Shown here piece after piece: positions 1 through 11,766 of a DNA stretch of 64,000 nucleotides (positions are counted from its first letter, which is position 1; every line of letters begins with the position of its first letter). A model generated the notes under the pieces. The model was given only the letters and a program-made list of their open reading frames with translations. It did no database searches and was not told the origin of the DNA. Source of the DNA: Amphiscolops sp. MND2022 (lineage: Eukaryota); assembly GCA_964187785.1 (NCBI GenBank), contig OZ076413.1, positions 51,028,001 through 51,092,000 on the forward strand, given 5' to 3'. Both the position numbers and the translations under genes were made by a program.

Positions 1-900
1 AATCGCCATGCTACACCGGGAAAATGTTGCAGTTTCGAGGATGGATCAAGCGGCGGAAGCAAAGCGGCGGAAGCATTCTGGTGGCCGTGACTTCACCGCG
101 AGATTCGAGAAAGGGCCGCAGGTAAGAACCTTAGAACATAAATTTAGCGCACGGAATTTTAACAAGTTGGAAGTTCTATCTGAATCAAATAAAGAAATAT
201 CATAATTGGACTTCGCGGTCCAATAAAATCTAGAACACGCAGTGATGTATATATTTTAGTAGAGGTTGATCGTTTTAGTAAATGGCCGACGGCACACATT
301 TGTAAAATACGGATATACGGACCGTTACCGTTTTCAAATTTTTAACCAAGTATTGATCAGACACTGGAACGCCACGGACAATCCGTACCGACAACGGTAG
401 TTATTTTAAAGTAAAGAGTTTGAAGAATTCTGCGACGGCAAACATATCGAACGAATCCGACATACGCCTTTTTTACACACCGGTACCGTATCAGTGGATG
501 AACAATAAGAACGATTAAGTCATTAAAGCGGGCTAATTTAGAAGACGAATTAACTTTTGAAGAATTGGTTCAATTAGCTATTAAAACAATAAGACAAACA
601 CCACACCACACGCTGAAAATGACATCTTTCCGATTACATCTAGAAAGGAAACCGCGCACGGCTATAACTAATCTGATTGGACAACCTGAATGTCTGTTGT
701 CCAAATGGAAAAAACACTGACGAAATACACTTCAGCTCAACCGGCGGAATTGTAGATTTTCACGATAAACGACTCTGACAGAGAAGTAGCATAATACCTG
801 GTCCTGAACGACTCAAAGAAACGTGCTCTTTCTGCAAGCCAAGAATTTGAAACAACATTCAAATTTTAAGAGAGAGAAACAAATCTTGATTCGATGAAAT
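1..900 (+). mobile_element. Degenerate Ty3/Gypsy integrase remnant
   Basis: Across frameshifts and stops it reads LHRENVAVSRMDQAAEA..FWWP, LDFA, YILVEVDRFSKWPTAHICK, GTPRTIRTDNGSYFKSKEFEEFC, HTPFLHTGT. This parallels the integrase at 43965-44743 (LHKGHPATNKMSAAAKPF, IDRYSIWPAACICK, GIPQTIKTDKG, TPYKHTATG). The 3' boundary is approximate. Confidence 0.85.
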
Positions 901-1943
901 GCCGATTTAAACTGAAAAAAGCACTAACAGCAGTCAAAGAGGCCGACCACACAATAACTACGGCCGAAAGTCCAATAACAAATCAAAAAATTGGCCTCTA
1001 ATCCCTTGAAATTTCAGCCTTCGAAAAAGTCTGATGAACCGACGAGAAAACCCACAAGTCGATGCTGCAGATGCGGACGATTCAGCAACAGAAAATAATG
1101 CGATACACATCGACGCATTATGGTGGAGAGTGATCCAACAGCGAGCACAAAAAGTACTTTTCTGACGATGCCCACGCAAGACGCAGACGAATGGCCGATA
1201 AATTCTAACTACTGGGACAATCACGACGAAATAGCGGAAGAACACCCACGCTCAACCGAGAAAATTACAGACAAGGCATGACAGACAACGGTCGACATAC
1301 CGGAGGACGGGAATGAGACCGAGAGTCAACCGAAGGACAATTTACTTCGCCGTTGCCATCATCTCCAGTGGGATGTAGTAATGTAGTACCGAACGGACTC
1401 TTCACAAGCCGGTAGATGACAATTCTGCAACAGACGACACGAGACCGGAGCTGGCCATTTGAATTTATATTTGATCCAAAAAGCAAATTTTCTACAGAGA
1501 TTTCGATTCTCTTATACAGATTCTCATCGAGATGTAAACGAATTATGAAACCAGTTATGGGAAATAGCATTCCTTTTTCATTTTCTTTTCAATTCGACAT
1601 GGCTATTTCGAAGAACCCAAACGAACTCTAACTCCTGCGAAAATCAGTGACAGGAGTAATCATCTCTTTGGGATACTTTGGACGCCTTTGACGAATTAGA
1701 CCTGCATTATAAATAGAAGACAATTAGGTTGTTGACAGCGCTTCTCATTCATTACAGTTTTTTGCAAGCGTGTAATGCATATCTGATGAACTTGTAATTA
1801 TAACTTCACCCTCGTTCTCAATTTTTCATAGTTAATTTCGAATTTTGTGTTACTCCACTTTTTCACTCTCTTCTCACTACTGTGTGTTCACTCAAGTTCA
1901 CTCTCACAGAAGTATTAAGATCGTAACAACATGTCTGAATCAC

Positions 1944-2075
1944 GGTATGCAGAAAACTCGTCGAAAACAACTCGCCGAAAACAACTCGTCGAAAACAACT
2001 CGCCGAAAAGAGAGGTAGGAAAACTCGTCGAAAATTAACTCGTCGAAAATCAAAGAAGTGCAAACTCGCCGAATA
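1944..2075 (+). repeat. Left MULE TIR built of ~14-bp AAAACAACTCGYCG units
   Basis: Tandem units are directly visible and are the reverse complement of 3657-3789. Confidence 0.9.
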
Positions 2076-2310
2076 ATAAAACAACGCCAATTAAGCACAA
2101 ATACCACATCCAAACGCGTCTCAGCTAAATTGAATAATTGCTGCCAATTATTTGAGTCCAGTTAAAAATAACTCCTAATTTAAAAGATAAAGGTGCTAAT
2201 TGAAAGGAGATATAATTTTGCCAAAATTATTAGTTTCAAAAATCCAAATCAATAAGGTTGCTTACATTGCTATCATTCAACTTTATTATTATCAATCGAA
2301 ATCATTCAAC

Positions 2311-3267
2311 ATGAGCATTGAATACGTGAACTCGCAAAGGTCAAAAAAAGTAATATTCAATCAATTTGTCTATCTAAAGGATAGAGAATCACAAGGTACC
2401 ACGTATTGGAGATGTGAAAACAGAGGCACTTGCTCATCAAGAATCCATGTGTATTGCGATACCGTCGTGAAAGACACCAACAGCCACAACCATGCCCCAG
2501 ATGCTGCAAGAATTGAAGTCCTGAAAGCACTCACAAAAATGGACGAGCTAACAACGACCTCTGATATGATGCCGCAGTGCATAATCGGCTCTGTTTCTCT
2601 GCAGCTACCGGACAGTGCTAAAGTGCAACTTCCAAAAATTTCTTCCCTGAAAAGATCTCTCCGCAACAAACGAGTCGATACTATTGCGGCACCCCAAAAA
2701 TACGAGCGAGATACTTTCATATTTCCGGATTTGACCGAGAACCTGCCTTCCGGAGAATCCTTCGTGCTATATGACAGCATTGGCGATAATCCCCGCTTCA
2801 TAATATTTGGCACTCCGGCTTCATTAGCTGCTTTGACGTCTTGCTCTCATATTTTCATGGACGGCACGTTCAAATCGTCTCCTAGTATTTTCTTCCAACT
2901 TTACACCCTTCACGGATTATGCGGGGATATTACTTTACCGTTCCTGATGTGTTTGTTACCAGACAAACAGCAAAATACGTACAATCGACTCTTCTCTGCG
3001 ATAAAAATGCTTCGCCCCGATTTCAACCCTGCGACAATCAATATAGACTTCGAGCATGCAGTAATAAATGCAGCAAGTAAAAACATCACTGGAGCACAGA
3101 TTTGGGGTTGTTTCTTCCACTTCTCCCAAGCTGTTTGGAGAAATCTTCAGCGACACGGTTTATCGGAACATTATACAAAAGACCCTGATTACGCCCTGAA
3201 GATGCGTTGTTTTCCCGCTCTAGCTTTCGTGCCACTCCACGAGGTGATACACTATTTTGATATATGA
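2311..3267 (+). CDS. FLYWCH zinc finger + MULE transposase, C-terminally truncated (318 aa from first ATG)
   Basis: FVYLKD..TYWRC..C..HNH (FLYWCH-like), then FMDGTFK, QLYTLHG, IDFEHA and GCFFHFSQAVWR (MULE domain with CxxH). The ORF stops at YFDI, before the region expected to carry the third catalytic residue. Confidence 0.88.
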   Translation: MSIEYVNSQRSKKVIFNQFVYLKDRESQGTTYWRCENRGTCSSRIHVYCDTVVKDTNSHNHAPDAARIEVLKALTKMDELTTTSDMMPQCIIGSVSLQLPDSAKVQLPKISSLKRSLRNKRVDTIAAPQKYERDTFIFPDLTENLPSGESFVLYDSIGDNPRFIIFGTPASLAALTSCSHIFMDGTFKSSPSIFFQLYTLHGLCGDITLPFLMCLLPDKQQNTYNRLFSAIKMLRPDFNPATINIDFEHAVINAASKNITGAQIWGCFFHFSQAVWRNLQRHGLSEHYTKDPDYALKMRCFPALAFVPLHEVIHYFDI

Positions 3268-3656
3268 ACTCGGACACTACACATTAGCGGCGTAGACATT
3301 ACCACTTGTCCAAGTTCATTCATTTTTCAATGTTTAGGAACATTATTTATCGAACACTCAACGCACAAGGAGCATTTTGATTGACACATCTGTTTTACGT
3401 ACGCACGCTGTGGTTGTATATTTTTCTTACACGTGTACGTTGAAACTCAATGCAGTTGAGAAAAAGTTGTTGACTGGTGTTTAAAGTTGTTTTCTAATTT
3501 TCGTTTGAAAATAGTGCCGCTCGTTCGAAAATCAGCGTCACTGTCAATCAAAAGTAATTAGTTCACATGTGCGTCCTCTAAGACGCTTACTTTGAATATT
3601 TTATTTTATCAATGGCTGAATCAATTATCTGCTTGACTGAGGTTAGTTTACTTTGG

Positions 3657-3789
3657 TATTCGACGAGCTTTCCGCTGTTGTGTTTTCGGCGAGTTGCTTT
3701 TCGACGAGTTTTCCGTCCTTTAATTTCGGCGAGTTGTTTTCGACGAGTTGTTTTCGGCGAGTTGTTTTCGACGAGTTTTCCTAGATTCC
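3657..3789 (-). repeat. Right MULE TIR
   Basis: Tandem CGRCGAGTTGTTTT units, inverted relative to 1944-2075. Confidence 0.9.
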
Positions 3790-6597
3790 TGAATCACAGA
3801 CCTCTTGTTGAGATTCGCACTACGGATCGTACTTCCAACTGCATGTCTACTGAGATTTCTCGTACAGTAACAAGAGTAGCATGATATTTTGTTGCTTAGT
3901 TCATTTTCTTATTAAAACTTCCCAACGCCCCATGTTTTTACAATAGTGTTCTAGTATTTCCTGTTATAACATTCATTAATCATAAATGATAACTTGAATT
4001 TGCTCAAAAATGGTGAAATCATCTGAAGAAATTTAATACAAACTTTAGTACTGGAGGTAGCAAGTTTCCAGTTTTTGGAACTGAAAAGTACCCTCTCAGC
4101 TGCCCTAGTTACGTTTCAGAGAACCTAAAAAATCAGAAGCATCAGGTGGTAAGTTTTATAGATCGACGACAAACAATTAGCTCTTTATAAGGAGATCTAA
4201 GACACTGTTTAAATTGGAGAAGTCTGATTTTTTATGAATATGAAAAAAAGAATGCCCGGAAGGAGCCAAAAACATTTTCGGACATAATGTGCAAGCTTTG
4301 AGCCTCTTCGTCAGCATAAGTGTATTGGCTAAAGTGTATTGTAAAAAGTTTTTGCTGGAATCATTAAGAGTAACAAAAGTTACAAAAGTTAAGAGTTACA
4401 TAAGAGTTACGGTGCTCAGCGGGCGTCTTGTTTCTTTTGTTGTTTGAGCGTAGGTATTAATATTAATGAAAAACTCCATGCGTGGATTATGCATCGTCAG
4501 AAATGGATCATGCTCTTTCATGGAAGAGAACACACGGGACGTCAGTACAGGACGTAACGAGATTATCAAAAAATAATTGCTGGACAAATAGTCATTTTTT
4601 CGCCCCTATTTTTCACACGGAACAAAAGACAATGTCTCTCAGCTGCGCTTCTTTTGTCATTTCATTTCTTCTTAACCCTTTCACATAATTAAACGACGGA
4701 AAAAATAACATCAACGACGGCATGCATTGGAGATTCCCGTTTTTTAAAAAAAGCAATGCCTAAAAAGTGTCAATAGACTTTTTTCAATTCAGTGCGAATT
4801 TTCAACGACATTCATGGCATACAATGAATCGCTTCTGTGTTCAACTTTTGTTGGCAAAATAATTGAAAGCGGAATAGACCGGTGCTTGGCGTGTCTTGAT
4901 ATAGTACCAAACTATAGATTTAAACAATAATGGCTCTATGGATTATACAGTTTTATATTGCTTTGTCATTACCGAGATTCGAATCACGTATAAGGGTTAT
5001 AACCCTTGAAACTGATCCAAAAAACTACTTGCTAATCTGAGAACTTGTTTACAAATAAAAGAACCTTCATCTATCTTTAGACGATATGTTTTCTAAGTCA
5101 AATTTTTGCTGCTAATATCAATTTTGTAATAAACGAGCACCGGAGCAAAACTGGCTCAACCAAGTATAAGAATACAACAAGCTCCAGAATTGTTTTTTGG
5201 CTCGCGCTGTTCTGTTAGTTTTCGACTTCAGATACAATTTTCAGAAACCATTCGTGTTGAACGGAAATTCTTACCTAATCTTACCAACAACGCCATCGTA
5301 GTGCGAGAAGTTTTAGGGGACATGCATTTCGTAATGCTACGATACGTAGTATGAATTGACATAAGGTGTACATGATTGGTACGATCTTGCTACCATCTAA
5401 AGGTAGGAGCAACGGTGCTGTGAGGGTCCGAACTGGGATACAGAAAGTATATGTTATAATCGTAATCATGGAATTGTGAAAGATAAACTATATATTCATA
5501 ACTATTACACTTAAGCGTCATATTTTTGCTTAACAAAAGTATTTCCATCAGAAGTATTTTCCAGCTGAAAAGAAGTCGAACCAAACTCTTCATTTCTACT
5601 ACGAGGTTAGAGGCTCTGCAAATTTAATAATTGCAAAAAACTTGATCTGACTTCATCTCTCAGCTCCTGTCAAATTTTATCGTAGTACTGTTCCATTAAT
5701 TTCTTTCCCGATCGTCGTAGGAAAAGAGTTTTTTGAAGTAATTTGTGATAATTTGTAATCTCACCCTACTTCCATAAAGCTTGAACGTCACTTCCTGAAA
5801 TGAGATAATTCGGTCTGCTGATCAACTGAGTGGGGGTGCTAGTGTATTTGATCCCACATGAAACTAAAGATTATTGGAGTCGGAAAAATCGGCAGATTGG
5901 AACTTCTCAGATTCCACTTTAGATCGGAAGCTTGTTACTTTCTTGAGAAGTAGTTTTCAATTTTTTCTATTTAAAGTGCATTTCCTTTTTATGAAATAAT
6001 CATTCATTCATTTTCTTAAAGTAAGTTCTTTCTTTTTCAAAGAGCATGGTCATTTTCATCAATATTATCTACCACCAAATGGTACTACTATGGTACGACA
6101 CCAACATTTGCTGATATCCGGTTTTGCTAAGTTGAGCTTGCATTTTGAGTAGAAAAGAGCTTACTTAATTGTACTTCATGATAAAATTACTTTAAAGTAC
6201 AGTACCGTCCCTGAATTTACATTGCTGCAAAAAATGATTTCAATTCCGATCGCAATTGAATGTTCATACTCAATTTATGATTTGAAGAGTTATCGATTTT
6301 TCCAACAATCTGAATTTGCGCGTGGTACTACTATAGTTCAAAGAAATAGAGACTTTCTTAGAATTATAAAAAGTCAATTTCAAGCCACCGCTAAGAAATT
6401 ACAACTGAAAAAAAAGGTAATCAAATCAACTATTGACAAAACTTGGCTGAAATGATGAAAAAATCCTGATTTTTGGGTGATATATCAATGGCTCAAAATA
6501 TCTTAGCTCAAAATTTTCTAAATTAGAAGTTTACAATTTAAACCTCCTAGGTTACAGAATTGTGAGTATACTATAGTGAGACTATACATTGTAGTAT

Positions 6598-7682
6598 CCC
6601 GGGTCGACCCTCCATGGATATCTTAGTAAGATCTTGGCAAGATCTTGCCAAGATCTTGGAAAATTCTTAGCTAAGATCGTGACAAGATATTGCCAAGAAT
6701 TGCAAGATGCCATGGTAAGATCTTATCAAGAGAGCCATGTTTCCAAGAAAAATCTTACTAAGAAGCCCAATATGGCAAGAAAAATCTTACTATGAAGCCC
6801 AATATGGCAAGAAAAATCTAACCAAGAAGCCGAATATGGCAAGAAAAAATAGCTACGAACTGCTCGATATCGAGAAAAAGTAGAATCAGAAAACCATTAA
6901 ATTAAGAGTTATGGAAAAATAATCTAGACATCACTCAAAACAAAATTACTGAACGATTTTTACAACCATTTCGATATCGATTTTTTTTTCAATTGCAAAA
7001 CTGTCGCCAACAACGGCGTCAGATAAGCCTTGAGCTGAATCATTACCCAAATCAGTGCAATGACCGCCGTTTCTAGCAGTAATAAGGCTGCTAACTTTGA
7101 AACAGGCTCAAGGAAAGCTGGAAATATGATTTTTTCAAAAATTTCAGGATTTTAAGGTCTTTCCTTTGTAACTTTCCGATAGTGGATCTGGACGCTTGAG
7201 AGCATATTTCTCCGTCTCTGGAATCGACAGGAATGATAAATTACAAGTTTTGAAAAGCCCTTGAAATTACCTTTCATTTGGTACATTCGGCATTTTTCAG
7301 TCTTAAACAGGTGAGGAATTATTAGGATTCTCGTCAGAATTTCTGAAGCCAGACTACGTTATCGTAATTTTTCACGCATTTTTGCATGCAAAATTTTTTC
7401 AGCAGGTTTAAGCATTTTGATTATGAAAACGAGTAGAAATAGTCGTTGTTGGGTGAAATGAGCCTTTAGATTGAGTCTCGGCTGCTTGTACCGAAGGTAT
7501 AGTGTTTTTTAATAATCTTAAAATTTTGTCCATCGTGATAAGATACGATCTTGGAATAAGTATTATCTTAGTAAGATCTTAATAAGAATCTTGCCATGGG
7601 ATCCATGGCTGCCAAGATGTACTAAGAATTTGGCAAGATCTTGCCAAGACAGCCAAGATGCTAGTAAGAGGGTCAACCCGGG
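6598..7682. mobile_element. Non-autonomous EnSpm/CACTA-like element (copy 1)
   Basis: TIR CCCGGGTCGACCCT / AGGGTCAACCCGGG, 2-bp AT on both sides, subterminal arrays of palindromic CAAGATCTTG-like units. A homologous copy lies at 23657-24519. Confidence 0.8.
6745..6848 (+). repeat. 32-bp tandem repeat x3 inside the MITE
   Basis: AAGAAAAATCTTACTAAGAAGCCCAATATGGC occurs three times with few changes and is absent from copy 2. Confidence 0.9.
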
Positions 7683-9136
7683 ATACTATTGTAAGCTATA
7701 GCTTCACATACTGATGGTAGCCCAAATGCAGGGACGAAGCGAGGCGGAACGAGCACCATCACTGCCCTAGTGGCTGGTTTTGACGAAGGCTGATGAGTCA
7801 TACAAAAAAAATGAAATATGATTTCATTTTATATGGAATTTTTCAACTTTTCAGAAACTTTTTTGGCATTTTCTTTCTGATTTTGACTTTTTTCTGTTTT
7901 GTTGTTATTTGTTATTTCTGTTTTCTATTTAAATGCGCATATAATTAACCTTAAAGCCATAAACATTTTCTTATGTTTGGAATCACTGCTTTGAATGAAC
8001 TTTACTGAGATGATTGAAAACATTAAAGTATCTTGTAAATTCACGTAATTGGTCAAGCGTAGCGAGCCCTCTAGTAAAAAGCGGTGACTAAAAAAGCAAA
8101 GCGAAAATTGTTCTTTCAGTTCTTGAAGTTCACAGGCAACGTGAACTCTTTTCCCCTTATTTTATAACAACCAATTTACTTTTCACTTCGGTTGAAAACT
8201 CATGGCACTTCATATTATAGACCAACCGAATTTTACAGTTATTGGTTAGAAGCTCCTGTTTACAGTGAACTCGAACTGATTTGTATTTGCTCCATTTGTA
8301 ATGTTCCAAGATTTTGCTTCAAAAGATTTTGTCTCGAGAGATACTGAACTGACAGTATAAATACAATTAGCTTCAACAATTTCGATTCAATAGCCTGGAG
8401 ATGGTATGAGTCTAATAAAAAAAATCAAATAAAATTCGAGATGGTAGAAAAAAATTGAACATCAAATTCCGAAGTTTTGTCAAAGAATTAAATTCTTTTC
8501 ACCCAATAAACAATTTCACCCATCTTCGATATGTTTTTACTCGGCACTTTTAGTTAAGACTAAAACCACCAGGCTATTAGCCACTTCCATATTTTCATTT
8601 CTCGTGAAAACTTCTTCCGATAAAAGTTTTTTTTTGAAAACGACCAAAAACTTTTCCGAGGAATTAATCTAAAAAGTAAAAACCGTCGTAAAAAGATGAA
8701 ACTATCGAATTGTGCTTCATATTGCTGTCATGCATACAAGGCTATGTTTCACAGAACATGGAAAATTCCGAGAGCCTGCTCGGAAAAAATGTAGAATTAC
8801 AGCAGAGCCCACTATTTAAATCAAGATTGAAAATATTTCGACAAATTTATGATGCATCTTTCAAATGGCACTTGCGGTTTCGGGCATCAGAGCTATGCGA
8901 CGGTGGCGGATTACGAATGTTTTCTTTAGATGTTCTTTAGTGTCAAAACTTTAGGACGGATTTCACAGTCACTGCGGTCACCTTCATTATTTAGAGAGGC
9001 TTGAATGCGACTTAAACAAAGAGGGCGACTGATATGAAAAACTGCATCGATATAGCAGTTGACGTTGCGATTCCAGAGTTGGCTTCAAAGCAGAAAGACG
9101 GCGTTCGAATCCCTCTTGGTTTGACTTTTTTAAAAA

Positions 9137-11766
9137 TTTTCCGTCCATATTTCATATGGAAAAGGAAAATAATTTAAAACAAACGGGTTTTTTTTACAAA
9201 ATTTGCCAAGAATTTATTTATATCAAAGCTAAAGGGTTTCACCCATAGAATTCAGCTGATGTAAAAATAGCATCATGCGGTATGTATTTGTGGCGATATT
9301 TGGACTTTTTTGGTTGACCCCGAAGACCCCAGAATGACCCAAAAATGACCCGAAAATAGTAAAAACTGCAAAATTTTCCGATTTTTACCGTTTTTATGCA
9401 AACTTTGTCAGATTTTCGATAGATTTCGTGGCTTTGAATGTTGAACGAGAAAAATTTCGTCATCCAAGAGGCTTTTTCAAAGAAATAAATGCAACTTTGT
9501 AAAGAAAAAATGCCTCAAATTGCGATCGAAATTGAAAAAACTTCCAAAAAGTTCGGATTGTTACCGGTTTTATGCAATTTTTGTCAAATTTTTGATACAC
9601 TTGCTAGCTTAGAAAGTTAAAAACATTCAACAAGGAAAGACTTTGTTGTCCAAGAGGCGTCGTCGAAGTTATAAATGCAATTTGATTTGTAAAAATGTCT
9701 CAAATTCAGACCGAAAATGACAAAAATACCAGAAACTTCAGATTTTTGAAAATTTCAAGCAAATTTTGTCTATTTTTCGAATGACTTGGTGGCTTAGAAT
9801 GTCAAAGACGTTCGAAAAGGAAAAACATCGCTGCCCGAGAGGCTTCTTTGAAGATATAAAAGCAATTTCTGCTAGAAAAAAATGCATCAAATTCAGACCG
9901 AATTTGACAAAAGTACTTGAAAATTCAGATTTTTGAACATTTTATGCAATTTTTGTCCAACTTTCGAACGACTTGGTGGCTTAGAATGTCAAAAACGTTC
10001 AACAAGGAAAACATCGTTGTCCGGGGGGCTTTTTTGAAGAGGTAAAAGCAATTTGTGCTGGAAAAATGCATCAAATTCACACCAAAATTGACAAAAAAAA
10101 CTAAAAAGTTCAGATTTTTCAATATTTTATTCAATTTTGTGTATTTTCCTAAAACCTTGGTGGCTTAGAAAATTAGAGAAGTTCAACAAGGAACAAATTC
10201 GTTGTCAGAGAGGCTTTTTTTAGGAGGTAGACAAAGTTTTCTACTGAAAAAAAAATGCACATTTTGCGACCAAAAATGACGAAAACTTCAAAATGTACCA
10301 ATTTTTCAACTTTTTATGCAACTTTAGACAAATTTCTAAAAATTTCGTGGATCAAAACGTTGAATACGATCAACAGCGAATGATTTCGTTGTCCAATAGG
10401 TTGTTTGCGGAGATAAATGCAGTTTTGTAAAAAAATTGCCACAAGGACCACGGAATAGGTCAAGAAATCTTACGTTTTTAACATTTTTGTATTTTCCAAC
10501 GCAACTATTGAAAAAACTTCAACTTTTTCATGGATGAAACCTCTGAAACGGTTCGAAAACAACTGAAGGCTTTCTTCTCTAGGCTTTTTGATGGGATATA
10601 TGCCAGTTTCTGATAACAAATCAAGCTTTAATTTGACACAAAAATTGTCGAAAAGTCCTAAAAAGTCCAGTTTTTGTGGGTTCTTCATGTTATTTGAGTT
10701 TCATTTTTGAGAATAATGGTAAGTTAAATGGTTCAAAACATTTCGAGTTGATAGAATCAGGTATGTAGTTTCCTTTCTGATGAGAAAATTACAGTCGTTT
10801 ACATCAGAAATTTTTCAAGTTTGTCGTTTTTCCTGCAGTTTGTGTTCAATTTTTGAACGTTTCTGTGACCAAGAACGTTCAAAACACTCAAATTGATGAA
10901 ACTAGCTATGCAGTATGGTATTTTGAAGAGAGTTGCAGTATTTAGCAACAAAAGTACTTCTAAAGTGGCCATAGTTAGTCCGATATAAAAAGTCTAAATT
11001 CAACGTTTCTAATGCAAAGTTCCGTTTTTTTTAGAAGTTTCCATCGTTGGAAGAAGAAAAACCCTCAAAAGCGAACGAATGCGTTGTTCAGTAGATTTTT
11101 TGCAGGCGAATTGCAGTTTCACGTTAGAAAAGAACCTCAAAATGACCCCAAAATAGTCGAAAAAAGGTTCGACAGTTGTTTGACAAATTAGTGAATTTCT
11201 ATTGAAAGTTACCAAAGTTTCGTCATATTCTAAATGTTTTGAGTAGGCAAGCAGAATGACCAAAAAATCTTCAATTGTGTATGCAAAAACTTCGTCAGAA
11301 TGATATGAATTTTAGCGAAAATCCGTTTTTTGTTTTTGAAATGTTGGTATACTTTTATGTGAACGTTTCGAGCAATTTCGTAATTCAAGAATGAGTGGAC
11401 CCGTTATCCAAAAAGCGTTTTTGAAAAGACATCTACAGTTTCTTGTAAAAGTTCCTCAAATGACCGCAAAGTTGTCGAAAAGCAAAAATCTACAATTTTC
11501 ATCATTTTTGGCAACTTCACGCAAATTTACAGAAAATTTGATTGGTTAGGTTACACACATTCTGACGAAAAATTAAATAGGTGTTTGGTGTCTTCTTGAA
11601 GTGTTTCCTTCTGAAATGGCATAACAATGTTCAAAAAGTGTCAAACCTTTTTTCATCAAACCTTTAAGCGTTTTCATAGTGTAATGGCTACTCTTGAGTC
11701 TCAAAAATATGTCAATGCTTGAACAGTTTGGACGGAAAATATCCTGCTGGTCAGCGGGCGTCTTGT
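9137..11766 (+). mobile_element. Helentron-like non-autonomous element, family A
   Basis: 5' TTTTCCGTCC and 3' GGACGGAAAA (11730-11739) subterminal inverted repeats, 3' hairpin CCTGCTG-GT-CAGCGGG, end CTTGT in a T-rich site, and a central tandem array. An inverted homolog lies at 34254-37514. Confidence 0.72.
9375..11540 (+). repeat. Diverged ~185-bp tandem array (roughly a dozen units)
   Basis: A TTTTATGCAA-like anchor recurs at about 9392, 9568, 9753, 9940, 10125 and 10313, with recurring GTGGCTTAGAA and TTGTCCAAGAGGC motifs. Confidence 0.8.

Larger units (their letters stand above)
1944..3789 (+). mobile_element. Mutator-like (MULE) DNA transposon, probably internally deleted
   Basis: Inverted termini GGTATGCAGAAAACTCGTCGAAAA / TTTTCGACGAGTTTTCCTAGATTCC, flanked by a duplication of (C)TGAATCAC (1935/1936-1943 and 3789/3790-3797, 8-9 bp). 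It encloses a transposase ORF. Confidence 0.93.

Noticed and set aside
1374..1570. Possible 3' LTR of the first Gypsy remnant (GGGA-TGTAGT)
   Set aside because: No partner LTR in the window and no clear terminal inverted end.
1955..2075. Regularly spaced short repeats suggesting a CRISPR or iteron array
   Set aside because: There are no unique spacers; they are the tandem units of a transposon TIR in eukaryotic DNA.
2200..2310. N-terminal extension of the transposase in the ORF track
   Set aside because: It starts at TTG. The first ATG (2311) immediately precedes the FLYWCH-like region.
8050..8076. Helitron-type CTAG 3' end
   Set aside because: The hairpin is weak and there is no identifiable 5' end or second copy.
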